DNA of 64,000 nt from NCBI RefSeq assembly GCF_009914755.1, contig NC_060926.1, one strand, 5' to 3'. The position numbers and the translations under genes were made by a program. Below are positions 28,608-41,989 of this stretch, piece by piece (the stretch's first letter is position 1; each line of letters begins with the position of its first letter). The notes beneath the pieces are model-generated. The model did not search any database. It saw only the letters and a program-made list of their open reading frames with translations, and was not told where the DNA came from. Source of the stretch: the human T2T-CHM13v2.0 reference genome, Homo sapiens.

Positions 28608-28727
28608 GTGATCAATGCCTACAAATTCTAGTTGCAAAATAATGGCCACTTGCTATTGATTACACATCAATCAAAATGATGGCAAGTGGCCATCATTTTG
28701 CAACTAGAATTTGTAGGTATTGATCAC
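28608..28727. repeat. Long inverted repeat (49-bp arms, 22-nt spacer)
   Basis: Arms 28608-28656 and 28679-28727 are reverse complements with 3 transition mismatches. Confidence 0.95.
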
Positions 28728-28912
28728 TGACAAAGTGAGGAGCTGGCATTCTGGTTGCTCAGCTGCCACTGCAGAACAGAGAAGGACACCTGAGCAGGAC
28801 AGATGAAGTCCCCTTCTTGAAAAGTCACATGATATCAAGTATTCCCATCCCAGGGTTGGTATCAGTTATCATATTGCCATTACCATTTATTTTTAATTAA
28901 AAATCAGGCTCA

Positions 28913-28985
28913 GGGCCAGTGGCTCAATGGATAATGCGTCTGACTAAGAATCAGAAGATTCCAGCCTTGACTCCTGGCTGGCTCA
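28913..28985 (+). pseudogene. tRNA-Arg(ACG)-derived pseudogene, anticodon now AAG (28946-28948)
   Basis: 65/73 identical to the human tRNA-Arg-ACG sequence as I recall it (GGGCCAGTGGCGCAATGGATAACGCGTCTGACTACGGATCAGAAGATTCCAGGTTCGACTCCTGGCTGGCTCG); B box GGTTCGA degraded to GCCTTGA; no CCA. Confidence 0.93.
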
Positions 28986-29004
28986 GTGGGACTACTCTCA
29001 GTTT

Positions 29005-29305
<301 letters not shown>

Positions 29306-29844
29306 TTAATTAAAAATCATATAAATTATTAAAGCAGTGCCCATGACATTGTTCCAGCTTGAAGATGGTGCCTATTTTTTTTAATCTCTGGCTCTATAGA
29401 ACTTAGTTGCTGGGCTCTTTCTTGGGAGGTATTCACTAAACATCTGACAAGTGAATATGCATTAAGCCACAGAGAAGGCCCCTCAAGGAGTTTATAGACT
29501 AACAGAAAACCACCCAGATTATAGTGACCATTTGATTTATCACAGAACAAGTCTGTGCATTCACAGGTGCTACAACTAGAAGGAAAAGAAAGGATTTGAT
29601 TACCATAAAAGTCAGGAGAATGATCCCCTCTGGAGGAGAGAAAGGGGACAAGACCAAGGAAAGGGAGACATTCTGCGATCGATGGCAATCTTTCCATTGC
29701 TTAATGTGGGTGACACTTACATGAGCATTTATTTTCCAACTTGTAGGTCCCCTATGCATTTATTTCAGGAACAACAGTAACAAAAATCAGTGAAGCACTG
29801 TGCTCTCCAAAGAAATGCAAACCAATGTGACCACTGTTATATAA

Positions 29845-30070
29845 GAGAAAGAGTACTGGTCTGAGTCCAAATTCCTAATCTGAATCCCAGGTTTGTAACT
29901 AATTAGCTGAGTAACCATGGTAAATCACATAACCTCTCTGAGCCTCAGTTTTCCCGTCTGTAAAATGGGGATATATAAGTCACCAACTTCACAAGGTATT
30001 GTGATTCTGAAATGAGATAATACATGTGAAAGGGCTTCATTGTTTTGTAGAGTGGAAGGCATTCTAAAAA
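29845..30070. mobile_element. MIR SINE
   Basis: AACCTCTCTGAGCCTCAGTTTTCCCGTCTGTAAAATGGGGAT...AAATGAGATAATACATGTGAAAG. Confidence 0.85.
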
Positions 30071-30724
30071 CATAAACGTGATTAATTTTATTTGGAATTA
30101 TTATTGCAGCTGAGACATTGTGTCTAAGAAAATGTGGGCCCTAGTTCCCAGGTTCCACTGATATCAGTTCATCGGTTCTGTGTCTTGCAAAGCACGTCTT
30201 CCACATTCTCTCTGGACCCGGGCCTGCCGCCTCTCCTGCCTCCACTCTCCAACACAGACCCCAGGCTCCTGCCATGCTGTGCCCTTGCGCTTCTCCCATT
30301 GTGTCACACACTCTCTGGGTGCCTTCCCATACACTGTTTCTTCTGTTTTTACTCACCTGACCCACCCTCCAGCTTATAACGCATTCATTAATGCAACAAA
30401 TATTTACTGAGCATCTGTTATGTGCCAAGCACTGTTCTAGGCCCTAGGGATAAGTTCCTGTCCTCATGGTGCTTACATTCTGGTGATGGCTCAATTCAAA
30501 AACACCACTTGCTCTAGGATAATTTCCAAAATGTCCCCTCTCTACTCCCTTCCCACAACCACCCACCACCAATCCCCACTGAGCTAGTGAATATCTCTTT
30601 TTGTCCTCAGAGTGTCCTGTACACTCATATGACTCTATCGTGATCATTCATGTAGGTGGTGGGCTCTTCGGTGTAATGATTACTTCTTTCACCTTCATTT
30701 GCGGAGAAGCACACAGAGCAATTA

Positions 30725-30970
30725 TAATAGCTAATGGCTAACAAGCACTGAGTGCTTAATATGTAGCTGGCACAGTTCTAAGCACTTTTATGTATTATCA
30801 CATTTAATTCTCACAAAAACCAGCAAGGTGGCCATTACTGTTGACCCAGTTTGAAGATGAGAATTCAAGCACAAGGAAGTACACTAACTTGCACAGGATC
30901 ACAGAGCTGGTAAGAAGCGGAGCCCAGTGTGAATGAAGACATCCCACTCTTGGTCACTGCACCATACGTC
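30725..30970. mobile_element. MIR SINE (opposite orientation to the 29845 copy)
   Basis: GGCACAGTTCTAAGCACTTT...CATTTAATTCTCACAA...GATCACAGAGCTGGTAAG. Confidence 0.8.
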
Positions 30971-32190
30971 CTCACAGTTAGGAGACACTAGAGGTGTTTG
31001 GGAGTGGAAGAAAGGCAAAGAACTGGTAGGGAGGATGGCCATTTGCTTGGCAAATAACATGACAAGGATATCTTTTTTATTAGGTGCCTTAGAGTTGGGA
31101 TGAGCCTGAAAGAAGAAAAAAGAGTGTTCTATTTAGATTCCTGCATCCATTCCCATTTCCTTTATTTCTCCCCTCTCTAAACTTAAGCTATCTAGGGATT
31201 ATCCAATCAATTAGAACACACTTTAATTAATGGCATTGTTCAGGCTGGTCTGTGTTCATTCAAGCCCCAAAAGACAACTGCATAAATGAAGCGGGGGACT
31301 GGGGGATTCCAGTCTCCTTCCTGTCAGTCAACTTGGATCCTTCTGGGAAGCAAATGTGAAGACAGGTTTTCAAGGCCAGATTGAGCCCCAGAGATCCCCT
31401 GGTCCAGCAGCAGGGAACTCAAATGCCTGTGAGGAAGAGCACTTAACAGAACCAGGTGAAGCAGGCAGCAGGGAGGCGTTAAGCAGCTTGTACAGGACTC
31501 AAGCGTAACAATCACTGCCTATCACCTTGCTTTGATAATTTTGTGTGGAACTTCTGGTTAAGCATGGCAGATTAAACCCATGCATTTATATCTACTTCCT
31601 CCTCCAATCCTACTAAAATGACAGTAAAAGAATTTTTTTAAGTGTGAATCCATAGGACAAAAAGGAGAAAGAACATGGCGGCAGACACAGGATGGCAGCA
31701 GACACAGGATGACAACAAGACTTTGGAAGAGGGAAGTGATAGATGACTTAGTATGGAGAAGGCTGAAAACTAGGCATGAAAAAAGATGAGTCAACAAGAT
31801 ACAAATCAGTTTGTACCTCAGAAGCACAGAAAAGCTCTGAGCTTGAAGGAATCAGGTATCCTCAATGTCTGGGGGAAGAGATGGGGCTGAAAATGCAAGG
31901 ACTAAAAGCAGTTAAGAACCCCATCCTCAAGTTACTAAGTAACTATGCCTCCCCACTTTGGGAGAAAGCTAGAGGTTTCCCGTTGGTGTAACAGAACCAA
32001 AAAGGATCTCTCTTGAGGACACCAGGCTTCTCAGAAAACAAGGGTGAGGTGCCTCCATGAAGAACCATACCATACTACGTGAGATTAGACATATTAAGAA
32101 GGAGACAGTATGTAGAGGGTTTTGCATGTCTTTCTTTAAACTTATTCCTAATATTTGATGTTTTGATATTATTATAAATGGTATGTTTTT

Positions 32191-32518
<328 letters not shown>

Positions 32519-32604
32519 TAAATGGTATGTTTTTAAAATTTTATTTTCTAATTGTTTATTGACCATTAACCTTGTATCTAGGGGCCTTAAATTTACCTAA
32601 CAAC

Positions 32605-32927
32605 TTCTTTTTGTTTGTTTGTTTTTGTTTTGTCTTGTTTTGTGTTTTGAGACAGAGTCTCACTGTCGCCCAGCCTGGAGTGCAATGTTGCAATCTTAGC
32701 TCACTGCAACGTCTGATTCCCGGGTCCAAGCAATTCTCCTGCCTCAGCTTCTCGAGTAGCTGGGGTTACAGGCACACACCACCATGCTGACTAATTTTTG
32801 TATTTTTAGTAGAGACAGGGTTTCACCATGTTGGCCAGGCTGGTCTCGAACTCCTGACCTCAGGTGATCTGCCCGCCTCAGCCTCCCAAAGTGCTTGGAT
32901 TACAGGCATGTGCCACCACACCCAGCC
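32605..32927 (-). mobile_element. AluS, chimeric C/A copy (copy B)
   Basis: Left flank is the TSD of copy C, right flank is the TSD of copy A; mixed private substitutions. Confidence 0.9.
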
Positions 32928-33023
32928 ATAAGTGGTATGTTTTTAAGATTTTATTTTCTAATTGTTTATTGACCATTGTCAATATCTAGGGGCCTTATAT
33001 CTAGGGGCCTTAAACTTACCTAA

Positions 33024-33349
<326 letters not shown>

Positions 33350-36300
33350 ACCTAACAATTTGAATCCTACTTTTGTGAAATCTTTTGAGCTTTCTGTATA
33401 CACAATCACATCATCTACAAATAACGAGAGTTTTATTTCTTCCTTTCCATTCATTTTGCCGTTTTTCTTCTTGACTTATTTCCCTGGCTAGAACATTCAG
33501 TACAATGTTGAAGAGAATTGGTGTTAGAGGGTATCATTGTCTCCTTCCTAATCTTATTGGGAAACCTTCCAAAATGTTACCATTAATTATGTTTTTTATT
33601 AATTTATAAATTAATTTTCAAGTAGATTTTTATTACTGTTTTTTACAATTTTCCATTATCTGAATAAAAAAAATTTCCTTTTATTCTTAGCTAAGAAGGT
33701 TTTTTAAAAAATCAAATGTTCTGCTTCATCTATCAAACTTATCATATGATTTTTCTCCATTATTGTGTTAATTTGGTAAATTGCATTGGCCAATTTTTTA
33801 ATGTTAAACATACCCCTTGATTTCCTATATAAATCCAACTTGGTCATGATACATTATCTTTTCTACATATTGCTGGATCAGGTTGTTAATATGTTCTTGG
33901 AATTCCGTACCATCATTCAAGGAAGAGATTGATCTGGAATATTCCTTTCTTGTAGTGGTTTTTAATACATTGGGATGCATAACAACATCTCTGAGCCTCT
34001 GTTTCCTTTTTGATAAAGTTAAGACAATTTACCAGAATTCACAGGGTTGTTATAAGATTAAGTTAGAAAATACGTGTGAAATGACTTGGCACATTTCCTG
34101 GCACAAAGTAGGTACTTGACAAATATATACTGAAAGATTAGAATGGACTGCATCTCTAATCAGGTAAAACTTAAGAATAAAATGTGTATATAAAACAATC
34201 CAAAGAATAAGTTAATGAAAGTAACAAAGGCTTCATTTCTAAAACCAATAAGTAGGATTTGACACACAACAATCTAATTCATAGAGCCCCAACTTACGTT
34301 CAGAACTTACAATCCAGAGCCCAATGAGGGCAAACCCCAGATCATAAAGGTTAGGAAAAAGAGGCCAAGACCTCCACAATACCAGCTATTTCACTCTCCA
34401 GTGATAATTTCTAGTTCCACCGTCTCTGTAAAGGTGAACTGGTACGAAGCAGCCTGAATTGGCAACCAAGAGACTGTCCTTTATTAGTTCTGTGACCTTG
34501 CCTAAATCACCTCAGCTTTCTGGGCTGCAGTTTTCTCATCTGTCTAAAAAGCAATAATAGGGTGTGGAGCAGGACAGCCAAATAGAAGCCATCACCAATC
34601 ATCCCCCGCTACTGGAACATCAAATTTAACAACTATCTACACATCAAGAAAGCACGCTCATAAGAACCAAAAATCAGGTAAGCAATCACAGTACCTGATT
34701 TTAACTTTACATCACTGAAAGAGGCATGACAAGAGTAGAAAAGCATTCTTGAATTCCAATGCCACCTCTCCCCCATTCCCCTGCAGCATGGCATGGAGAA
34801 TCTGTGTGCTTGGGGTAGGGAAAACACAGTGATTCTGGGATCCGGCATTGAACTCAGTGCTGCCCTGCCACGGCAGAAAGCAAATCCGAGCTAAACTTAG
34901 CAGGTGCCCGCTCACAGAGGGAGTATTTGGACCAGCCTTAGCCAGGGCGGATTGCCCATCCCAGCCATCAGAACTTGAGTTTCAGCAAGCCTCATCACCA
35001 CAGGCTGAAGTGCTCTGAGGTCCTAAATAAACTTGAAAGGCAGTCTGTGTCACAGGACTGCTATTCCTAGGCAAGTCCTCATGCTCTGCTGGGCTCAGAG
35101 CCAGTGGACATGGTGGGCACACAACCTACTAAGACACCATCCAGGGTGGCTAAGGGAGTGCTTGCACCACTCCCCCATCAACCCCAGGCAGTGCAGCTCC
35201 CAGAAAAAAAAATTACTACTTCCTTCTGCTTCAGGAGAGGAGAGGGAAGAGTAAAGAGAACTTTGTCTTACTTCTTGGATACCAGCTCAGCCACAGTAGG
35301 ATACAACATCAGCAAGGTTTGTGAGGCCCCCATTCTAGGCCCTAGCTCCCAGATGACATATCTAGACTCATCCTGGGCCAGAAGGGAATCCACTGCCTTG
35401 AAGGGAAGGACCCAGCCCTTGCAGGATTCATCACCTGCTAACTAAAGAACCAGGAGTAATACCTAGGTAGCCTTAGGTGAGACTCTGAGATGTATAGAGC
35501 ACAGAGCAGGCCCTTAGTGTCCCCAGTTTCAGGTCTTGGCTCTTGGACAGCATTTCTGGACCTGCCCTGGGCCAAAGGGGAGCCCACTGCCTTGAACAAT
35601 GAGCTTCGGGCCTCAAAGCATACACCACAAGCTGACTGAAGCATTCTTGGGCCTTAGTTGAACATCAGCGGTAGCCTAGTTCTAGTACTAGGGTAGACCC
35701 ATCACCCTAGTCCATGGGTCTGTGGTGGGGGAGGCCATGAGGAGAGGCTCCTCTGCCTGTGGAAAGGGGAAGGAAGAGTGGGAAGGACTTTGTCTCATGG
35801 TTTGAGCACCAGCTTGGCTGCAACAGAATAGAGCACCAGGTAGATTTCCAAGGTTTTTGACTCCAGTTTGGCTCCTGAATGGCATCTCTGGACCCACCTG
35901 GGCCCTGGGGAAATCACTGCCTTGAAGGGAAGGAGGCGAGCCTGGCTGGCTTTGCCACCTGCTGATGGTAGAGCTCTAGGGCCTTGAGTAAACATAGGTG
36001 GTAGCCAGGTGCTGTTACAGCAGTCCCTGGGTGAGACCCAGTATTGTGCTGGCTTTAAGTCTGACCCAGCAAAATCCCAGTGGTGGCGGTGGCCACAGTG
36101 CTTGTGTCCCCCAACCCCCAGCTCCAGGAAGCTCAGTACAGAGATAGAGGGGCTCCATTTGTTTGGGAGAAAGTAAAGGAAAAGAACAAGAGTGTCTGCC
36201 TGGTAATCCAGATAATTCTTCCAGATATTATCTAAGACCACCAAGGCAGTACCTCTATGAGTCTGCAAGAGCTACAGCATTGCTGGGCTTAGGAGGCCCC

Positions 36301-36423
36301 TCATGCAAATACAGCTTAGAACACAACATCCAAGTCCTTTTGAATACCTGGAAACCCTTTCCAAGAATGACAGGTACAAACAAGTCCAGACTCCAAAGAC
36401 TACAATAAATACCTAACTCTTCA

Positions 36424-37374
36424 ATGCCCAGACACTGACAAACATCCACAAGCATCAAGACCATCCAGGAAAACATAACCTCACCAAATAAACTAAATAA
36501 GGCACCAGGGACCAATCCTGGAGAAACAGAGATGACCTTTCTAACAGAGAATTCAAAAGTGCTGTTTTGAGGAAACTCAAAGAAATTCAAGATAACACAA
36601 AGAAGGTATTCAGAATTTTATCAGATAAATTTTAAAAAGAGATTGAAATAATTACAAAGAACCAAGCAGAAATTTTGGAGTTGAAAAATGTAACTGGCAT
36701 ACTAAAGAATGCATCAGAGTCTCTTAATAGCAGAATTGATCAAGCAGAGGAAAGAATTAGTGAGCTTGAAGACAGACTATTTGAAAATACACAGTAGGAG
36801 GAAACAAAAGGAAAAAATAAAAAAGAATGAAGCACACCTATGAGATCTAGAAAATAGCCACAAAAAGGCAAATCTAAGAGTTATTGGCCTTAAAGTGTAG
36901 GTAGAGAAATAGATGGGGTAGAAGTTTATTCCAAGGGATAATAACAGAGAACTTCCCAAACCTAGAGAAATATATCAATACTCAAGTCCCAGAAGGTTAT
37001 AGAACACCAAGCATATTTAACCCAAAGAAGACCACTTCAAGGCATTTAATAGTCAAACTCTCAAAGGTCAAGGATAAATAAAGAATCCTAAAAGCAGCAA
37101 GAGAAAAGAAACAAATAACACACAGTATGTCTGGCAGCAGACTTTTCAGTGGAAACCTTACAATCCAGGAGAGAATGACATGACATATTTAAAATGCTGA
37201 AGGAAAACAACTTTTACCCTAAAATAGTATATCTGGCAAAAAATATCCTTCACACATGAAGGACAAATAATGACTTTCCAAGACAAACAAAAGCTGAAGG
37301 ATTTCATCAAAATCAGACCTGTCCTACAAAATATGCTAAAAGGTGTTCTTCAATCTGAAAAAGGTCATTCATGA
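36424..37374 (+). pseudogene. L1 ORF1 remnant (stops and frameshifts)
   Basis: GAAAGAATTAGTGAGCTTGAAGAC and AGAATCCTAAAAGCAGCAAGAGAAAAG ORF1 motifs. Confidence 0.8.
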
Positions 37375-37878
37375 GCAATAAGAAAGCATCTGAAGGTACA
37401 AAACTCACTGGTAGTAGTAAGTACACAGAAAAAAAAACACAATATTATAACACTGTAATTGTGCTATATAAACTACTTTTATCTAAGAAGACTAAAAGAT
37501 GAACCAATCAAAAATAATAACTACAACAGCTTTTCAAGACATAGACAGTACTATAAGATATAAACAGAAACAACAAAAAGTTAAAAAAGCGGGGGATGAA
37601 GTTAAAGTGTAGAGTTTTTATTAGTTTTCTTTTTTGCTTGTTTATTTATTTATTCATTCAGTGTTAAGCTGTCATCAGTTTAAAATAGTGGGTTATAAGA
37701 TAGTATTTGCAAGCCGTGTGGTAACGTCAAATCAAAAAACATACAACAGATACACAAAAAATGAAAAGCAAGAAATTAAATCATACCACCAGAGAAAATA
37801 ACCTTCACTAGAAGGAAGACAGGAAGGAGGGAAAGAAGGAAGAGAAGACCACAAAACAACCCGAAAACAAATAACAAA

Positions 37879-40800
37879 ATGGCAGGAGTAAGTCCTTACT
37901 TACCAGTAACAACATTGAATGTAATGGACTAAACTCTCCAATCAAAAGACATACAGTGGCTGAATAGATTTTTTAAAAAAATAAGACTCAATGATCTGTT
38001 GTCTACAAGAAACATATTTTGCCTATGAAGACAAACACAGATTGAAAATAAAGGGACGGAAAAAGATATTCCAAGCCAATGGAAACCAAAACAGAGCAGG
38101 AGTAGCTATTCTTACATAAGACAAAATAGATTTCAAGACAAAAACTATAGTTAAGAGACAAAGAAGGTCATTATATGATGATAATGGGGTCAATTTAGCA
38201 AGAGGATATAATAATTGTAAATATATAAATGCCCAATACTGGAGCACCCAGATATCTAAAGCAAATATTACTAGAGCTAAAGAGAGAGATAGACTCCAAT
38301 ACAGTAACAGCTGGGGACTTCAACAACCCATTTTCAACATTGGACAGATCTTCCAAACAGAAAATCAACAAAGTAACATTGGACTTAATCTGCACTATAG
38401 ATAAGTTGGACCTAATAGATATGTACAGAACATTTCACCCAATGGGTGCAGAATACACATTCTTCTCCTCAGCACAAAGATCATTCTTGAGGATAAACCA
38501 TATGTTATGTCACAAAGCAAGTCTTAAAAAATTCAAAAAAAAAATGAAATAATATCAAGGATATTCTTTGACCACATGGAATAAAACTAGAAATAAATAA
38601 CAAGAGGAACTTTGGGAACTATATAAACGCATGGAAATTAAACAATATGCTCTTGAATGACCAGCAAATCAATGAAGAAATTAAGAAGGGAACTGAAAAT
38701 TTTCTTGAAACAAATGATAATGGAAATATGACATACCAAAACCTATAGGATATAGCAAAAGCAATAATAAGAGGGAATTTTATAACTAAAAGTATCTACA
38801 ACAACAAAAAAAGAAAAACTTCAAATAAATACCTAATGATGCATCTTAAAGAACTCGAAAAGCAAGAGTAAATCACACTCAAAATTAGTAGAAGAAAAGA
38901 TACAATAAAGATCAGAGCAGAAATAAACAAAATGGAAATGAAGAAAACAATACAAAAGATCAGTAAAACTAAAAGTTGGGTTTTTGAAAAGATAAACAAA
39001 ATTGACAACCCTTTAGCCACACTAAGAAAAAAATAAAGAAGACCCAAATAATAAAATTAGAGATGAAAAAGGCATTAAGACCAATGCCACAAAAATTCCA
39101 AGGATCTTTAGTAGCTACTAGGAGCAACCATATGCTAGTAACTTGGCAAATCTAGAAGAAATGGATAATTTTCTAGATACATACAACCTACAAAGATTTA
39201 GCCATAAAGAAATCCAAAACCTGAACAGACCAATAACAAGTAATGAGATTGAAGGCAATAAAAAGTCTCCTAGCAAAGAAAAGCCAAAGACTGGATAGCC
39301 TCACTGCTGAATTCTACCAAACATTTAAAGAAGAACTGATACCAGTCCTACTCAAACTGTTCCAAATAATAGAGGAGGAGGGAATACTTCCAAACTCATT
39401 CTACAAGGCCAGTGTTACCCTTATACCAAAACCAAACAAAGATACATCAAAAAAGGGAACTATAGGCCAATATCCCTGAATAATATTGATGCAAAATTCA
39501 TCAAAAAAATAGTAGCAAACCAAATTCAACAACACATTAAAAAGATTATTCATTATGACCAAGTGGGATTCATCCCAGGGATGCAAGGATGGTTCAATAT
39601 ACAGAAATCAATCAATGTAATATATTATGTCAACAGAAAGGACAAAAACCATATGATCATTTCAATTGATGCTGAAAAGCATTTGAAAAAATTCAAGATA
39701 CCTTCATGATAAACATGCCTCAACATAATAAAATTCATATATGATAGACCCACGCCGAGTATTATCCTGAATGGGGAAAAACTGAAAGCCTTTCCTCTAA
39801 GATCTGGAACATGACAAGGATGCCCACTTTTACCACTGTTATTCAACATAGTACTAGAAGTCCTAGCTAGAGCAGTCACACAAAAGAAAGAAATAAAGAG
39901 CAACCAACTTGGAAAGCAAGAAGTCAACTTAAGTTTGTTTGCAGATGGTATGAGCGTATATTTGAAAAAACCTAAAGACTCCAACAAAAATAGTATTGAA
40001 CTGATTAACAAATTCAGTAAAGTTCCAGGATACAAAATCAACATACAAATATCAGCAGCATTTCTATATGCCAACAGTGAACAATCTGAAAAAGAAATCA
40101 AGAAAGTAACCCCATTTACAACAACTGCAAATAAAATAAAAGATCTAGGAATTAACTTAACCAAACAAGTGAAAGATCTCTATGGTGAACACTATGAAAC
40201 ACCGATGGAAAAACTTGAAGAAGACACAGAAGAATGGAAAGATATTCCATGTTCATGGATTGGAAGAATAAATATAGTTAAAATGTCCATACTGCCCAAA
40301 GCAATCTACAGATTCAATACAACCCCTGTCAAAATATTAAGTTTGGTACAAAAGTAATTGTGGTTTTTGCCATTACTTTCAAAGACAAAAACTGCAATTA
40401 CTTTTGCACCATTCTAATACCAATGACATTCTTCACAGAAATAGAAAAAACACTTCTAAAATTTATACTGAACCACAAAACACCCAGAATAGCCAAAGTT
40501 ATTCTGAACGAAAAGAACAAAACTGGAACAAAACTGCTCATGGGGTATTACTCAAGAAATCACATTATCTGACTTCAAATTATACTACAGAGCTATAGTA
40601 ATCAAAACAGCATGGTATTGGCATAAAAGCAGACACATAGACCAATGGAACAGAATAGAGAACCCAGAAACAAATCCATGCATCTACGGTGAACTCATTT
40701 TCAAAAAAGGTGCCAATAACATATATTGAGAAAAAGACAGTCTCTTCAATAAATGGTGCTGGGAAAACTAGATATCCATAGCAGCAGAAGGAAACCAGAC

Positions 40801-41116
40801 CTCTATCTCTTGCCATATACAAAATCCAAATCAAAATAGATTAAATACTTAAATCTAAGACCTCAAACTATGAGACTACTGAAAGACAACATTGAGGAGA
40901 TGCTCCAGGACATTGGAGTGGGCCAAGATTTCTTGAGTAATACCCCATAAGAATAGGCAACCAAAGCAGAAATGGACAAATGGGATCACATCAAGTTAAA
41001 AAGCTTCTGCACTCCAAAGGAAAGAACAAAGTAAAGAGACAACCTAAAGAATAAGAGAAAATATTGGCAAACTACCCATTTGACAAGGATTAAGAATCAG
41101 AATATAAAAGGAGTTC
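37879..41116 (+). pseudogene. L1 ORF2 remnant (endonuclease-RT), disrupted and 3'-deleted
   Basis: EN motif [21 protein letters not shown], catalytic FADD mutated to [32 protein letters not shown]. Confidence 0.92.
40337..40417. mobile_element. MADE1 (Hsmar1-derived MITE) in L1 ORF2
   Basis: Palindromic TTAAGTTTGGTACAAAAGTAATTG...CAATTACTTTTGCACCATTCTAA with TA TSD (40335-36, 40418-19). Confidence 0.93.
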
Positions 41117-41117
41117 T

Positions 41118-41244
41118 GCCAGACACAGTGGCTCATGCCTATAATCTCAGCACTTAGGGAGGCAGAGGCAGGAGGACAGCTTGAGCTCAGGAGTTTGAGA
41201 CCTGCCTGGGCAACATAGCGAGATCCTATTCTTTGAAAAAGGAA
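41118..41244 (+). pseudogene. BC200 (BCYRN1)-type retropseudogene, Alu domain plus start of A-rich domain
   Basis: Monomer with BC200 diagnostics TTAGGGAGGC, GGAGGA(C)AGCTTGAG, GAGACCTGCCTGGGCAA, TTCT..GAAAAAGGAA. Confidence 0.8.
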
Positions 41245-41650
41245 TTACAATGACTGAACTCATGGAGATAGGGAGTAAAAGGATGGTTATCAGAGGCTGA
41301 GTGTACTGAGGGTTAGTGGGGGAAGTGGGATGGTTAATGGGTATAAAAACACATAGAAAGAATGAATAAGAACTACTATTTGATAGCACAACCAGGGTGA
41401 CTATAGTCAATAATAATTTAATTATACATTTCAAAATAACTAAGAGTATAAATGAATTGTTTTTAACACAAAGGATAAATACTTAACTTGATGGATGCCC
41501 TATTTACCCTGACGTGATTATTATGCATTGCATGCCTGTATCAAAATATCTCATGTACCACATAAATATATACACCTACCATGTACCCACAAAAAATAAA
41601 AATTAAAAAAATTTTGAAATGCAATAATAATACCTGCCCTGCCTATTTCA

Positions 41651-41989
<339 letters not shown>

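Larger units (their letters stand above)
34560..41620 (+). mobile_element. Full-length decayed LINE-1 (L1MA1-3-type) inserted into a MIR
   Basis: Long 5'UTR with internal repeats, ORF1 and ORF2 remnants, L1MA-type 3'UTR and A-tail; TSD GCAATAATA at 34551-34559 and 41621-41629; MIR halves on both sides. Confidence 0.92.

Noticed and set aside
28913-28985. Functional tRNA-Leu(AAG) gene
   Set aside because: Arg-type body without the long variable arm, destroyed B box/T-loop, and retro-insertion hallmarks.
38229-40357. ORFs 38229-38552, 39243-39479 and 39935-40357 as protein-coding genes
   Set aside because: Fragments of a dead L1 ORF2 with frameshifts and stops and a mutated catalytic motif (FADG).
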